Shown: one piece after another, positions 8,982 through 19,603 of the stretch
How positions within the stretch are numbered: position 1 is the first letter of the stretch
Layout: the number at the start of each line of letters is the position of its first letter
Assembly (NCBI GenBank): GCA_963664815.2
Contig: CAXXHB010000002.1
Location: 32,001-96,000 of the forward strand
DNA length: 64,000 nucleotides
Direction of reading: 5' to 3'
Source of the DNA: Spirochaetota bacterium
GTDB lineage: Bacteria; Spirochaetota; UBA4802; UBA5550
Program-made: the position numbers and the translations under genes
Notes under the pieces: model-generated
Databases searched by the model: none
Seen by the model: the letters and a program-made list of their open reading frames with translations, nothing else
What the model was told of the DNA's origin: nothing

Positions 8982-10742
8982 ATGCCTGAAATATTCGGAT
9001 GGACCGGCCGAGTTCTCTTAATCAATCTTAATGAGAGATCAGCTTCTGTATTAAATCCCCCACAGAAAGTCTATCATGAATATATCGGTGGAAAAGGAAT
9101 GGCGGGATGGTACCTCCGCTCATATTGCACTAAATCGTGGGATTCTCCGGATATACCTCTTATTTTTTTTACCGGGCCCCTGGTTGACACTGAATCACCA
9201 ACTTCCGGGCGCTTTACCATAATGTCTATGTCTCCTCTTACCGGTGCTATTGCTGACTCATCTGCTGGAGGAAGATTCGGAACTGAGATAAAACGCGCGG
9301 GATTTGATGGAATAATAATTACAGGTTCAAGCACCAACCTCTGCGGATTAATAATTAAAGATGACCTGGTTTCATTTTCCAACGCATCCAGCCTTGCTTT
9401 TAAATCAATCTCTGAAACGTTTTCAGAACTTTCTGAAAATGGATCTAGCGCTGCAATCGGCCCTGCTGCTGAAAATGGAGTTCTCTTTGCCAATATTTCC
9501 TTTGACGGCCATTCTTTTGCAGGACGTTGCGGTCTCGGTCTGGTGATGGCAAAAAAAGGCCTGAAATATATCCATATTGAAGGTTCTGTTCACTCTTCTG
9601 TCTATAACTTGGATGAACTCCGCTCTGCCCGTAAGGATATTCTAAGGCTTGTATCAGCTTCTCCTGCATTATCAGGCGAGTTTGGAATCTCAGAATTCGG
9701 TACCGGAGCCCTTTTTGACCTGATTCACAGCCGACGAATGATGCCAACAGATAATTTCAGAAAAACTCAATTTTCCCATGCCGAACTTATGAATGCATGG
9801 CATTATCGCAAAAAATATGAAACAAAAAAAACCGGATGCAGCGGATGCCATATTCAATGCAAAAAAACCGGCAAAAACGGAGAACCTATTCCCGAATTTG
9901 AAACAATGTCTCACTTCAGTGCACTTATCGGAAATACGGATATAGAAAAAGTGATTGAAGCCTCTCTCATATGCAATGAAGCTGGCATGGATACAATAAG
10001 CGCAGCTTCAACCATTGCCTGCTATATGGAAATAAACAGTCTCATTTGCAAAAAATTTGATTTTTTAAACCTGCTGAAAGATATTTCTCTCTCTCGGGGA
10101 GAAGGTGAATTTCTTAAACTCGGATCTTATAAATACGCATCAGTTAGGAATAAACATGAATGTTCCATGTCAGTAAAAGGTCTTGAACTTCCGTCATATG
10201 ACCCCAGGGGCGCATACGGAATAGCTCTTGCATACGCAACTTCAACAAGGGGGGGCTGTCACCTCAGAGCATATTCCATTTCGAATGAAATTCTCCGCAA
10301 GCCTGTTGCTACGGATCGTTTCTCTTTCAGCGGAAAAGCACGCATAATTAAAGAAGCCGAGGATTTGAATGCCGTTGTTGATTCGCTCACCGCATGTAGA
10401 TTCATCTTTTTCGGCGCTTCCCTTGAAGAATATTCAAAAATTTTCCGTGCAGTAACAGGAGTTGAGTTATATGGTGCTGACCTTATGGCTGTCGGTGAAA
10501 GAGTATATTACAATGAAAGGATTATGAACTACCTTAACGGTTTTACAGGCATTGATGATGACCTCCCTGCAAGATTTTTTAAATGCGCCGGAACCTCCGG
10601 AGAAGGTATAAACATCCCTCCAATTAACAGGGAGGAATTCCTCAATACAAGGGCTAAATACTATAAAATCAGGGGACTCACTTCGGAAGGAAACCCGACA
10701 AAAGAAAAAAGTGAAGAGCTTGGACTTGAATGGATAAGTTAA
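8982..10742 (+). CDS. aor: Aldehyde:ferredoxin oxidoreductase family (W/Mo-pterin, 4Fe-4S)
   Basis: YIGGKG, SPLTG, IGPAAENGV, GRCGLG..M, CSGCHIQC, GMDTIS, YDPRG and RGGCH motifs. Confidence 0.9.
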   Translation: MPEIFGWTGRVLLINLNERSASVLNPPQKVYHEYIGGKGMAGWYLRSYCTKSWDSPDIPLIFFTGPLVDTESPTSGRFTIMSMSPLTGAIADSSAGGRFGTEIKRAGFDGIIITGSSTNLCGLIIKDDLVSFSNASSLAFKSISETFSELSENGSSAAIGPAAENGVLFANISFDGHSFAGRCGLGLVMAKKGLKYIHIEGSVHSSVYNLDELRSARKDILRLVSASPALSGEFGISEFGTGALFDLIHSRRMMPTDNFRKTQFSHAELMNAWHYRKKYETKKTGCSGCHIQCKKTGKNGEPIPEFETMSHFSALIGNTDIEKVIEASLICNEAGMDTISAASTIACYMEINSLICKKFDFLNLLKDISLSRGEGEFLKLGSYKYASVRNKHECSMSVKGLELPSYDPRGAYGIALAYATSTRGGCHLRAYSISNEILRKPVATDRFSFSGKARIIKEAEDLNAVVDSLTACRFIFFGASLEEYSKIFRAVTGVELYGADLMAVGERVYYNERIMNYLNGFTGIDDDLPARFFKCAGTSGEGINIPPINREEFLNTRAKYYKIRGLTSEGNPTKEKSEELGLEWIS

Positions 10743-11899
10743 CTTCAAAATATTCAAGAAAACTTGAGTCATCAGGACTATGTGCTGATGGTGATCCTCT
10801 TTTCGGCACATTCGATGATGAAGTAATCTGGAGCGACTATCGTCCTGAAAGAGAATCACTCAGTACTGTAATACGCAGCATAAACACCATCAGCTTACTC
10901 TTTTCTGACACCATCGAACCCTACCGATCGATTATCAACTACCTTGCTCAAAACGCTCTCAAAGAAGGACAATGCATCCGCCCCGATGATACTGAAACAA
11001 GAACTTTCCTCCACGATATTCCAGTTGCACAAAGTCTGCGCCCCGAAGAAATAATCCATGCTCTGAAAAGAAGAAAAGGTGTAATTATACCAGGAAGGGG
11101 AATAGTAACATACGGAACAGTAAGCCCTGAACAGGCTTTTATTTTTTTCAGTTCAATATGTTTTTCATGTTATGTTAAGTTTATGACGGATTACTTCTAT
11201 CATAAAAAAGGTTTATTTAAAATGGACGGTGATGTCGATACAATTTATGAGTCTGCCGTTTCATCATACAGAAATACTCTGTCTGGCATTTCATCGATGC
11301 CGTCTATTAAAGGTCCTTTCCAGTCAAATGAAAATGTAGTTGCCGCCATGATAGAAACAGGAAAACTTACAGTTGAAAGCAGGATGGTTGACTCATTTTT
11401 CGGAAATATATCAGTTAAATACAACGATAAAATATACATCAGTCAGACAGGAAGTTCACTTGACGAACTCTCAGGCTGTATAGATCCCTGCCGGCTGGAC
11501 AACTCATCAACAAATGCAATAACAGCATCCAGTGAATTCTCCGCACACCGGGGAATATATAATATCAGCAGCATGAAAACAATCCTTCACGGCCATCCGA
11601 AATATTCAGTTATAATGTCACTGCTCTGTGATAAAATGGATTGCGAAAACAGGGGGGAGTGCCATGTCAGATGCAACAGTAAAAGAATGATAAAAGATAT
11701 ACCTGTTATTCCGGGAGAGATCGGCACAGGACAAACCGGTCTATCAAGAACTCTCCCTTCTGCAATGTCAGGTCGCGGTGCTATTGTTTTAGGTCATGGC
11801 CTGTTTACATCAGGAAAAGAGGATTTCACAGACGCTTTCACCAACCTTATAGATATAGAAAAGACCTGTTTTACAAAATATATTGAAACTATTACATGA
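10730..11899 (+). CDS. Class II aldolase/adducin family protein (degenerate N-terminal copy plus intact C-terminal domain)
   Basis: FFGNIS, ASSEFSAH, LHGHP and LGHG metal-ligand motifs; overlaps the AOR stop. Confidence 0.8.
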   Translation: MDKLTSKYSRKLESSGLCADGDPLFGTFDDEVIWSDYRPERESLSTVIRSINTISLLFSDTIEPYRSIINYLAQNALKEGQCIRPDDTETRTFLHDIPVAQSLRPEEIIHALKRRKGVIIPGRGIVTYGTVSPEQAFIFFSSICFSCYVKFMTDYFYHKKGLFKMDGDVDTIYESAVSSYRNTLSGISSMPSIKGPFQSNENVVAAMIETGKLTVESRMVDSFFGNISVKYNDKIYISQTGSSLDELSGCIDPCRLDNSSTNAITASSEFSAHRGIYNISSMKTILHGHPKYSVIMSLLCDKMDCENRGECHVRCNSKRMIKDIPVIPGEIGTGQTGLSRTLPSAMSGRGAIVLGHGLFTSGKEDFTDAFTNLIDIEKTCFTKYIETIT

Positions 11900-11934
11900 T
11901 AAAATTAATATTTATAACTCTTAGTCTATGCCGG

Positions 11935-11950
11935 GAGTTTATATAAACTC
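11935..11950. repeat. 16-bp perfect palindrome in a convergent intergenic gap
   Basis: GAGTTTATATAAACTC. Confidence 0.6.
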
Positions 11951-12058
11951 TAAAATATTACTGCAGATTTAGTTCTTCTCCTCTGACAAAACAGATTTTA
12001 ACTGAATCTGAACGAAACAGAAGCCTTGCCCTCTCATTAACTGTCGTAATATTATCAT

Positions 12059-12952
12059 TCAATTGTACGAAAAAATTCCATTGTTTATTACTACCTTCCC
12101 ATTCTCCGAATATACATTAAAATTAATTCCGTGCAAACCTTCTCTCTCTACTTTATACCCGGAAAGTCTAAGCACATCACCTGCAACAACAGGGTAGGAG
12201 AACCTCCCTGAAACTTCACGAAACTTTAAAACATCCCTGTCGGCAACTCCATCTATAAGTGCGTTGGTACACATGGCCATAACGCAAACCCCGTGAAGAA
12301 TCCTGCCCGGAAGGCCTGCGGATTTTGCAAAGAAATTGCTTGTATGGATAGGGTTTGTATCATTTGAAATGCGCGCGTATTTTTTCTCCTGCCCTTTTAC
12401 CGTTCTTATTAAAAAGTTCACCTCTTCGCTCCCCGGGATATTCTGAAATGAATACTTCTCCCTTTTTGAAATGCCCCCTTTCCGTTTCTCCACACGTCTG
12501 ACAATAAAGCCTGTTTCTGCTTCAAGAATTAGTCTTCCTTTACTTCTACCTTTAGTTTTTACAAGCAGAAGTTCTCCCGCCTGTGTTTCTGCGATATCTG
12601 CAATAGTCATTTCTACACTTAATATTTCATCATGCGAAACAGTTTCATAAGATCTGAGACTCTGATGCCCATGTACCATATGTAATAGATTCAGATTTAA
12701 TCCCCTGTGTGTGATTATCTGTTTAAAAAGAGGATACAGTTCCTTTGAAAAGAAAAATGGAGGTGCGGGGGAATCATCTTCAACATATTTCTCAAAATCA
12801 TCCCCTGTAGCATCTGCATACCTGTGAATCTCTTTTAACCCGAAAGGACCGTAATCTTTTTTTAGAGTATAACCTATCATACCCCTGTTCATGGATTTCG
12901 AATTTATATTCAGTAAAATTGCCCTGAATACCGGTATATTATTAATAAACAT
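12059..12952 (-). CDS. Double hot-dog MaoC-type (R)-enoyl-CoA hydratase/dehydratase
   Basis: YADATGD and MVHGHQ in the N domain; catalytic SNDTNPIH...ILHGVC in the C domain. Confidence 0.85.
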   Translation of the reverse strand: MFINNIPVFRAILLNINSKSMNRGMIGYTLKKDYGPFGLKEIHRYADATGDDFEKYVEDDSPAPPFFFSKELYPLFKQIITHRGLNLNLLHMVHGHQSLRSYETVSHDEILSVEMTIADIAETQAGELLLVKTKGRSKGRLILEAETGFIVRRVEKRKGGISKREKYSFQNIPGSEEVNFLIRTVKGQEKKYARISNDTNPIHTSNFFAKSAGLPGRILHGVCVMAMCTNALIDGVADRDVLKFREVSGRFSYPVVAGDVLRLSGYKVEREGLHGINFNVYSENGKVVINNGIFSYN

Positions 12953-12964
12953 AACCCTCAGTCC

Positions 12965-14680
12965 TCACTTTGACCCGTTACTTTTTCTGTCCCACTCACC
13001 TTTTTCACGAAGCTCATCAACAATTTTAACTGCCATGTTCTTCAGGCTCATATAGTCAACCTTCGCAACACGATTAAGGGGCATACATCCCTGTTCAAGA
13101 ATTACTGCATGAAGCGGTCTTGAGTACGATGAGATATCACTGCATGAATCTATAACCTCCCCTGAAGTTATACCGGCGCCTGGAGCAGTCTCGACAAATG
13201 CCATAATCGCTTCCATGTAAATATCATGCTGCACCCCTACACATGCAATTGATGATGCTCTTCCCCCCAGTTTACGGGATATATGATTTACAACATCCTG
13301 CGGATATACCTGATAGCCCTTTGCTTTAATTACAAATTTTGCTCTCCCCACAAAATGAAGGCCTTCATTGTCGTAGTAGCCAAGATCACCAGTATAGCAG
13401 ACTCCATCCTTTGAAAGGGTCTTTGCGGTGTTCCCTTCATCATTATAATAACCAATAAAAATCTGCGGACCGGAAAAGCAAACCTCCCCTATCTTTCCGT
13501 TTTCAAGTACCCTGCCTGCCATACCTTTATTGTCCATAGATTCCCTTATGCTTAGAGGTGTTATCTTCATATCATATCCGATACTTCTTGCAATTTCTTC
13601 AATCATTGCATCTGTTTCTGTATACGTACAGAAACCGGCTGTTTCAGTAAGTCCAAGCCCCGTACCGATCTTCGGTGCCATGGTTTGCATTTTTTTCAGG
13701 AATTCAGCCGGGACCTCCTGTCCTCCATAAAGAATAAAACGGAGTGATGAGAGATCATAACTGGAGTAATCAGGCAACTGCCACTCAAGGTTAAACAGTG
13801 CCGGTATCTGCCCGATGATGGTCACTTTTTCCTGCTCAATGGCCTTGAGGCTTTTTTCAGCATTAAATATATGAAGAATTACAGATTTACATCCACCGAA
13901 GATCGATGTTGCAAGCTGTTCAGTCACACACCCGACATGAGAGGGTGGAAGATTAACAAGCATCGCATCATTCTCCATTATATCAAACGCAACAGAAAGA
14001 CCAATGTTTTGTATTAAAATATTTTCATGGCAAAGAAGAGCCGGTTTAGGAGATCCCGTTGAACCAGTGGTGAATATTATCAAAGCAGGATCTCGTTTAT
14101 CAACCTGCATATGTGCTTTTTTTACTGATCCGGTAAACACGCTCTTAATAAAAACCTTTTTTATATCCTTCACAAACTCTGTTACCCCCTTTGCACCCTC
14201 CATTATGAATTCCGTTTCTTTCTGGAACTGCACCCAGAGTCTTACACCTGAAACATTTTTCATCACTTCAGCAATCATCGGTCGAAAATCAGCAAGAGGA
14301 GTTTTCCCAAGGAAAAAATAGGCCTTTGGTTTTATTTTTTCAAAGCAGTAAATGATCTCCTCTGTTTTAAGCCTGAGATCAAGCGGAGCTATTATAATTC
14401 CTGTTCTATAGCATGCATAGATAAGATAAATGTGCTCTTTAAGCAAGGGAAGAGATGTCGCTATTATATCCCCCTTTTTAAAGCCGGAAATAAGAAGTTT
14501 TGCTGCAAATGCATTTACCGACTGATTAAATTTTTTCCAGCTGATTTTCTCACCTGTGTCAAATTCAGCTATGGCTGTAATGTTTTTTCTTTTTCCGGCA
14601 TAGTGTTGAACATAATCTGCAAGGTTTGGATACAGACTTTGATATGATAATGCTGCAATATTTTCTTTTTTCTCTTTCAT
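12965..14680 (-). CDS. Acyl-CoA synthetase (AMP-forming)
   Basis: FTTGSTGSPK P-loop, GLTET, YTGDLG, C-terminal Lys in PLNRVAK. Confidence 0.9.
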   Translation of the reverse strand: MKEKKENIAALSYQSLYPNLADYVQHYAGKRKNITAIAEFDTGEKISWKKFNQSVNAFAAKLLISGFKKGDIIATSLPLLKEHIYLIYACYRTGIIIAPLDLRLKTEEIIYCFEKIKPKAYFFLGKTPLADFRPMIAEVMKNVSGVRLWVQFQKETEFIMEGAKGVTEFVKDIKKVFIKSVFTGSVKKAHMQVDKRDPALIIFTTGSTGSPKPALLCHENILIQNIGLSVAFDIMENDAMLVNLPPSHVGCVTEQLATSIFGGCKSVILHIFNAEKSLKAIEQEKVTIIGQIPALFNLEWQLPDYSSYDLSSLRFILYGGQEVPAEFLKKMQTMAPKIGTGLGLTETAGFCTYTETDAMIEEIARSIGYDMKITPLSIRESMDNKGMAGRVLENGKIGEVCFSGPQIFIGYYNDEGNTAKTLSKDGVCYTGDLGYYDNEGLHFVGRAKFVIKAKGYQVYPQDVVNHISRKLGGRASSIACVGVQHDIYMEAIMAFVETAPGAGITSGEVIDSCSDISSYSRPLHAVILEQGCMPLNRVAKVDYMSLKNMAVKIVDELREKGEWDRKSNGSK

Positions 14681-14816
14681 GTATCATCTCCTTAATTATA
14701 CACTTTTTAATTAATGTATAAAAAAACGAAGCTTTTACAAATTAATATTCAGTTTTTTAGATAAAAACGAACCGATTAACTTCAATTTTAACTTTTTTTA
14801 AAAAATGTATTGATAT

Positions 14817-14846
14817 TATTTGTATTTACAAATATTGTATCTACAA
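14817..14846. promoter_or_regulatory. Tandem palindromic operator, probable MarR site
   Basis: TATTTGTA-tt-TACAAATA (14817-14834) directly followed by TTGTA-tc-TACAA (14835-14846), just upstream of marR and divergent from the acyl-CoA synthetase. Confidence 0.65.
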
Positions 14847-14863
14847 ATAATCAGGAAGTAAAT

Positions 14864-15310
14864 ATGGACAATTCAGATAAATTATTATACCTCATGTCAA
14901 GATCCATGAACAGGATTAAATATTACTCCATTAGCAAATTCAATGAAGGTGGAATAACTGTTACACCTTCACAGATGGGGATTCTTTTTCTTCTTAAAAA
15001 ATGTGACTCACTACCCATGTCATCGCTTAGCACCACTCTCTCGATCGATAATTCAACACTAACCAGACATGCTGATAAACTTATAAAGAGCGGATTTGTC
15101 AGACGCATACAGGATGGATCAGACAGAAGAGTTCTTAAACTTCAGATAACAGCTGAAGGACTTAAAGAGAGTGAAAAAGCAGGAAAAATTGCAAATAAGG
15201 TTAATGCTGATGTCATATCAGGATTCACTGATGAAGAGATAATTATTTTTTCAAAAGTACTTACAGGAATTATACAAAAATTTGATCCAATACAGAGAGG
15301 TGGTGAATGA
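14864..15310 (+). CDS. MarR family regulator
   Basis: ITVTPSQMGIL, STLTRHADKL..GFVRR...DRR..LQITAEG winged helix; ATG 14864 with AGGA SD. Confidence 0.92.
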   Translation: MDNSDKLLYLMSRSMNRIKYYSISKFNEGGITVTPSQMGILFLLKKCDSLPMSSLSTTLSIDNSTLTRHADKLIKSGFVRRIQDGSDRRVLKLQITAEGLKESEKAGKIANKVNADVISGFTDEEIIIFSKVLTGIIQKFDPIQRGGE

Positions 15311-15795
15311 ACAGATCACTGAATATTTATAACAGGCTGAAGGAATTACCCTTCGGGAAGAGACTATTCTCTTACATCGTATGCAGGCAGGCTCCATACT
15401 TCAGCACAATTCACCCTCGTTTTGAAGAGCTCGAACCGGGTAAGTGTATAATTATTATGAAAAAGCGTAGATCAGTCACCAATCATTTAAAAACAGTTCA
15501 TGCTATTGCCATGTGCAATCTTGTTGAACTTGCAGGGGGAATATGTACTGATGTTTCTGTTCCAGAAGGTGTAAGATGGATACCAAAAGGAATGACTGTT
15601 GAATATTTTTCTCTCGCTAAAACAGACCTTAAAGGAATCTGCAGCATAGACACCAAAAAACTCAGCGCATGGGATTTAAACAATGATTTTCCAGCTGAAG
15701 TAAATCTTTATGATTCGTCAGACAAGGTTGTTATGAAAGGAATAATAAACATGCACCTGTCCAGGAAAAATATTCATAATATTTTACCGAAATAA
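15307..15795 (+). CDS. Hot-dog fold thioesterase-like protein (DUF4442/PaaI)
   Basis: APYFSTIHP, NHLKTVHAIAMCNLVELAGG and WIPKGM motifs; ATGA overlap with marR. Confidence 0.85.
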   Translation: MNRSLNIYNRLKELPFGKRLFSYIVCRQAPYFSTIHPRFEELEPGKCIIIMKKRRSVTNHLKTVHAIAMCNLVELAGGICTDVSVPEGVRWIPKGMTVEYFSLAKTDLKGICSIDTKKLSAWDLNNDFPAEVNLYDSSDKVVMKGIINMHLSRKNIHNILPK

Positions 15796-15863
15796 TTGTT
15801 CTCTGTTAAAAGAAAAAGCTGTACTGTGATAAGAATTAATATTTTTATGGGACATTCTAAAAT

Positions 15864-16415
15864 ATGATATATAGTATTCCTGATTCAGTCTTTATAAAAA
15901 ATATAGTAACCGCTGTTCTGATTATTATTTTTCTGCTCATTTATAAAAACTTCAGAATACATTCCTGGAGGAGAATACTTAAAGAATCCATTGAATACCA
16001 TAAACTCCATCTTTTCTCTTTAAACAAAGATTCTTCGTTAAAACAAAACAGCAGGGAACTGGCTCAATCTTTATTGTGGGGAATTACAAAACAACTACCG
16101 CTTGATTTGAAAGATGGAAAAGGGGCCCGTGCATTACTTAATTCCTTTTCAGGAAACAAAACATCACTTAATACATGCGGTACTGTATTTTACGAATGCG
16201 CGAAAAATCACAAGTCAACCGACATAACAATTTGCAGACTCAATAATACTCTTATAAGTACTCTTTATAGAATCTTTATTATAGAATCATCATTTTCAAT
16301 TATAGGTTTAATTTACTTTGATTTTAAACTATTCACCAGTTTCTTAATAAAAACCCGCAGCAATACCGGATCTTTTTTTCTGGAAATGAAAAGAAGATCA
16401 CTCATAAAAAAATGA
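15864..16415 (+). CDS. Hypothetical membrane protein
   Basis: 183-aa ORF with N- and C-terminal hydrophobic segments; no motif recognised. Confidence 0.55.
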   Translation: MIYSIPDSVFIKNIVTAVLIIIFLLIYKNFRIHSWRRILKESIEYHKLHLFSLNKDSSLKQNSRELAQSLLWGITKQLPLDLKDGKGARALLNSFSGNKTSLNTCGTVFYECAKNHKSTDITICRLNNTLISTLYRIFIIESSFSIIGLIYFDFKLFTSFLIKTRSNTGSFFLEMKRRSLIKK

Positions 16416-16590
16416 TATTTTTAAAATATATTCAATTAATAATTATTTTAACTTCTAAAAAATTTAAAAAAAACAAAATACAACTCCTTGACAGAAAATT
16501 CCATTCGTGTTCTGAGTAGATAATTTTCAGCATAAATATTTTTCAAAGTTCAGCCGGATTGTGCTTACATTCAACATAGCGGAGAATTCA

Positions 16591-17808
16591 ATGATACGTA
16601 TAAATGAAAACTATCTTAAATTAAAATCATCCTACCTGTTTTCTGAAATAGCAAAACGCGTTTCCTCATTTCAAAAAGAACATCCCGAAATGGAGATAAT
16701 CAGAATGGGAATTGGAGATGTTACTTTGCCCCTTCCTCCGGAAATAATAAAGGCATTCCATACAGGTGTTGACGAAATGGCCTCGGAAAAAACATTCCGT
16801 GGTTACGGCCCGGAGCAGGGATACGATTTTCTCCGGGAAGCTATTTCAGAAAATGATTTCCGAAGCCGTGGAGCTGACATTGCCGGAGATGAAATTTTTA
16901 TCAGTGATGGTGCAAAGTGCGACACCGGAAATTTCCAGGAGCTTTTCTCAAACGATATAAAAATAGGTATTCCTGACCCGGTCTACCCGGTTTATGTTGA
17001 CACAAACGTAATGGCAGGGAGAACAGGAATCATCAGTAACGGAAGATACGAAAAACTCGTGTACATGAACTGTACAAGTTCAAACGGATTCGTTCCCGAG
17101 CTCCCGAAAGAACAGGTTGATCTTATTTACCTCTGCTTCCCGAATAATCCGACCGGAGCAACAATTACAAAAGATCAGCTGAAAACATGGGTAGATTTTG
17201 CACATAAAAATAAAGCCCTTATCCTTTTTGATGCAGCATATGAGGCATTTATCAAAGATGAAACACTGCCGAAAAGCATTTATGAAATAAATGGGGCAAA
17301 AGAGGTTGCAGTGGAATTCAGAAGTTTTTCCAAAACTGCTGGATTCACAGGAACAAGGTGTGCCTTTACCGTAGTACCTAAAAACTGTATGGCATATGAT
17401 GATGCAGGCAACCGGCATTCACTACATGCGTTATGGAACAGAAGGCATACAACAAAATTCAACGGAGTCTCCTACCCGGTACAAAAGGCTACTGAAGCCG
17501 TTTACTCCACTGAAGGGAAAAAACAGGTAAAAAAAATAATAGATCACTATATGGAAAATGCCCGTATAATTAAAGAAAAGATGAACTCTATGGGTTATGA
17601 AAGCACGGGGGGTGAAAACTCACCTTACATATGGATAAACACAAAGACCGGTTCATGGGAATTTTTTGATATGCTTCTTACAAAACTCGGTGTTGTGTGT
17701 ACACCCGGAGAAGGTTTTGGCATGTGTGGAGAGGGATACATAAGAATAAGTGCATTTAACAGTCGGGAGAATGTTATTAAAGCAATGGAGAGAATTTCAA
17801 GATTGTAG
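16591..17808 (+). CDS. dapL: LL-diaminopimelate aminotransferase
   Basis: [52 protein letters not shown]; ATG 16591 after GGAG. Confidence 0.96.
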   Translation: MIRINENYLKLKSSYLFSEIAKRVSSFQKEHPEMEIIRMGIGDVTLPLPPEIIKAFHTGVDEMASEKTFRGYGPEQGYDFLREAISENDFRSRGADIAGDEIFISDGAKCDTGNFQELFSNDIKIGIPDPVYPVYVDTNVMAGRTGIISNGRYEKLVYMNCTSSNGFVPELPKEQVDLIYLCFPNNPTGATITKDQLKTWVDFAHKNKALILFDAAYEAFIKDETLPKSIYEINGAKEVAVEFRSFSKTAGFTGTRCAFTVVPKNCMAYDDAGNRHSLHALWNRRHTTKFNGVSYPVQKATEAVYSTEGKKQVKKIIDHYMENARIIKEKMNSMGYESTGGENSPYIWINTKTGSWEFFDMLLTKLGVVCTPGEGFGMCGEGYIRISAFNSRENVIKAMERISRL

Positions 17809-17812
17809 AAAT

Positions 17813-17859
17813 CCTCCCCATCCGGCCTGCGGGTACCTTCCCTACAATCGGGGAAGGTA
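17813..17859. repeat. REP-like double-hairpin element acting as terminator between convergent genes
   Basis: CCTCCCCATCCGGCCTGCGGG followed by the stem TACCTTCCC...GGGAAGGTA. Confidence 0.5.
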
Positions 17860-17870
17860 TATTATGAAAT

Positions 17871-18659
17871 TTATTTTGCGGCCATCCCGCCATCAAGTGG
17901 AATAATTGCACCTGTCATAAAATCTGAAGCCCGTGAAGAGAGAAATACTACCAGACCCTTAATATCATCTGCTTCACCAGCTTTTTTAAGCGGCATAACA
18001 TCCAGCATAGCCTTCAGCATATTTTCCATACCCGGCTCGTAAACATATCCCATCATATCTGTATGGAAAAAACCGGGGGCAATACAGTTTACATATATTT
18101 TATGATCAGCAAGTTTTACAGCAAGATTCTTCGTAAGCACTTCTATTGCAGCCTTTGATGAGTTATAAGCAATAGCGGGATGAGCAAACTCAAGTGAACC
18201 CCTGGAACCAAATACTGACGAAACATTAATTATCTTCCCTCCGCCGTTGACTTTCATAATATTCGCAACTTTTTGTGTCAGTATCCATACGCCGCGAACA
18301 TTAACGTTAAATACTTTATCCCATGCCTCAACAGGATATTCCAGTGTAGGAGCGCCCCATGTAACCCCGGAATTGTTTACAAGAATATCAATTTTTCCGA
18401 ACTCCTTCATTGTTGCATCAACAAGTTTTTTTATATCATCTTCTTTACCAAGATCACATTTTACTGCAAGATATTTAATTCCGTTTGCTGCGGCAAGCTT
18501 CTTCCCGGTCTCTTCACATGCATCAACCTTTCTTGATGCCAAAACAATTGATGCTCCGGCTTCAGCTAAACCTTCGGCAATAAACTCACCAATTCCTCTT
18601 CCACCGCCGGTTATTATAGCCACTTTACCGGTGAGATCAAACATATCTTTAACTTTCAT
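17871..18659 (-). CDS. Short-chain dehydrogenase/reductase
   Basis: TGGGRGIG, NNSG and catalytic YNSSK. Confidence 0.93.
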   Translation of the reverse strand: MKVKDMFDLTGKVAIITGGGRGIGEFIAEGLAEAGASIVLASRKVDACEETGKKLAAANGIKYLAVKCDLGKEDDIKKLVDATMKEFGKIDILVNNSGVTWGAPTLEYPVEAWDKVFNVNVRGVWILTQKVANIMKVNGGGKIINVSSVFGSRGSLEFAHPAIAYNSSKAAIEVLTKNLAVKLADHKIYVNCIAPGFFHTDMMGYVYEPGMENMLKAMLDVMPLKKAGEADDIKGLVVFLSSRASDFMTGAIIPLDGGMAAK

Positions 18660-19106
18660 TGCAGGACTCCTTTTGTCAGTTTCAGGCAGAGTTTACAGGA
18701 TTAAATTAAATAGCCGGTAAAACAATCTTTGAAATACTGCAGCTTTTTAAAAGATATTTTACTGCAACAGTAATATTTAATCTGCACCGCCTATTGTACA
18801 AGTATTCAATAATATATTTAAATTAGTCAATATGTTTTACTCCTTGCCTGCACAGAATTGAATCGTAGTTTATGGTCTTAAATCTTATAAATTAATACTG
18901 GAAAGACTTAATTTCTTTAAATATCCTTGATCTTTTTTTACTTAATTTATAAATAAGCTGTTTATTAGTGTTACGCTTTATAACCGTTCTATTAATCATT
19001 GGCCTGAAAATAATAAATTTCAGTTTGATATGCCTTAGTTTCTTAAAATATTAATTGCTTGCTAAATAAAAATATTCATGTTAATATTAATGAAAGAGGT
19101 TTCGTT

Positions 19107-19523
19107 ATGAGTGAGAATGTTTTTCGTAATCCTTTTCCTACAGTAGACATAATTATCGAAATTGAAAAATCTCACAGTAAAGGAATCGTTCTTGTTAAAC
19201 GTAAAAATCCCCCTCACGGCTGGGCAATTCCCGGAGGATTTGTTGACTACAACGAACCGCTCGAAAAGGCTGCAATAAGAGAAGCTGAAGAAGAGACAGG
19301 TCTAAAAGTAAACCTTATCCGGCAGTTCCATACATATTCAGATCCCGGAAGAGACCCCCGTCACCATACTATTTCAACAGTTTTTATTGCAACTGCTTCC
19401 GGCAAACCCGAGGGGCATGATGATGCTGCGGACGCGGCTGTATTTCTGAAAAATGAAATTCCGGGAAAATTGGCTTTCGATCATAAATCAATATTAGAAG
19501 ATTATTTTAATAATAAGTATTAA
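19107..19523 (+). CDS. Nudix hydrolase
   Basis: Nudix box [23 protein letters not shown]; RDPR motif; ATG 19107 after GAGG. Confidence 0.92.
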   Translation: MSENVFRNPFPTVDIIIEIEKSHSKGIVLVKRKNPPHGWAIPGGFVDYNEPLEKAAIREAEEETGLKVNLIRQFHTYSDPGRDPRHHTISTVFIATASGKPEGHDDAADAAVFLKNEIPGKLAFDHKSILEDYFNNKY

Positions 19524-19603
19524 TACAGACTAACTGCAAGAGCCTTGAGCGTTTTTACAACCATGACTTGACTCTGGACTCTTCAGTATGAACGGAGGTT
19601 TTT

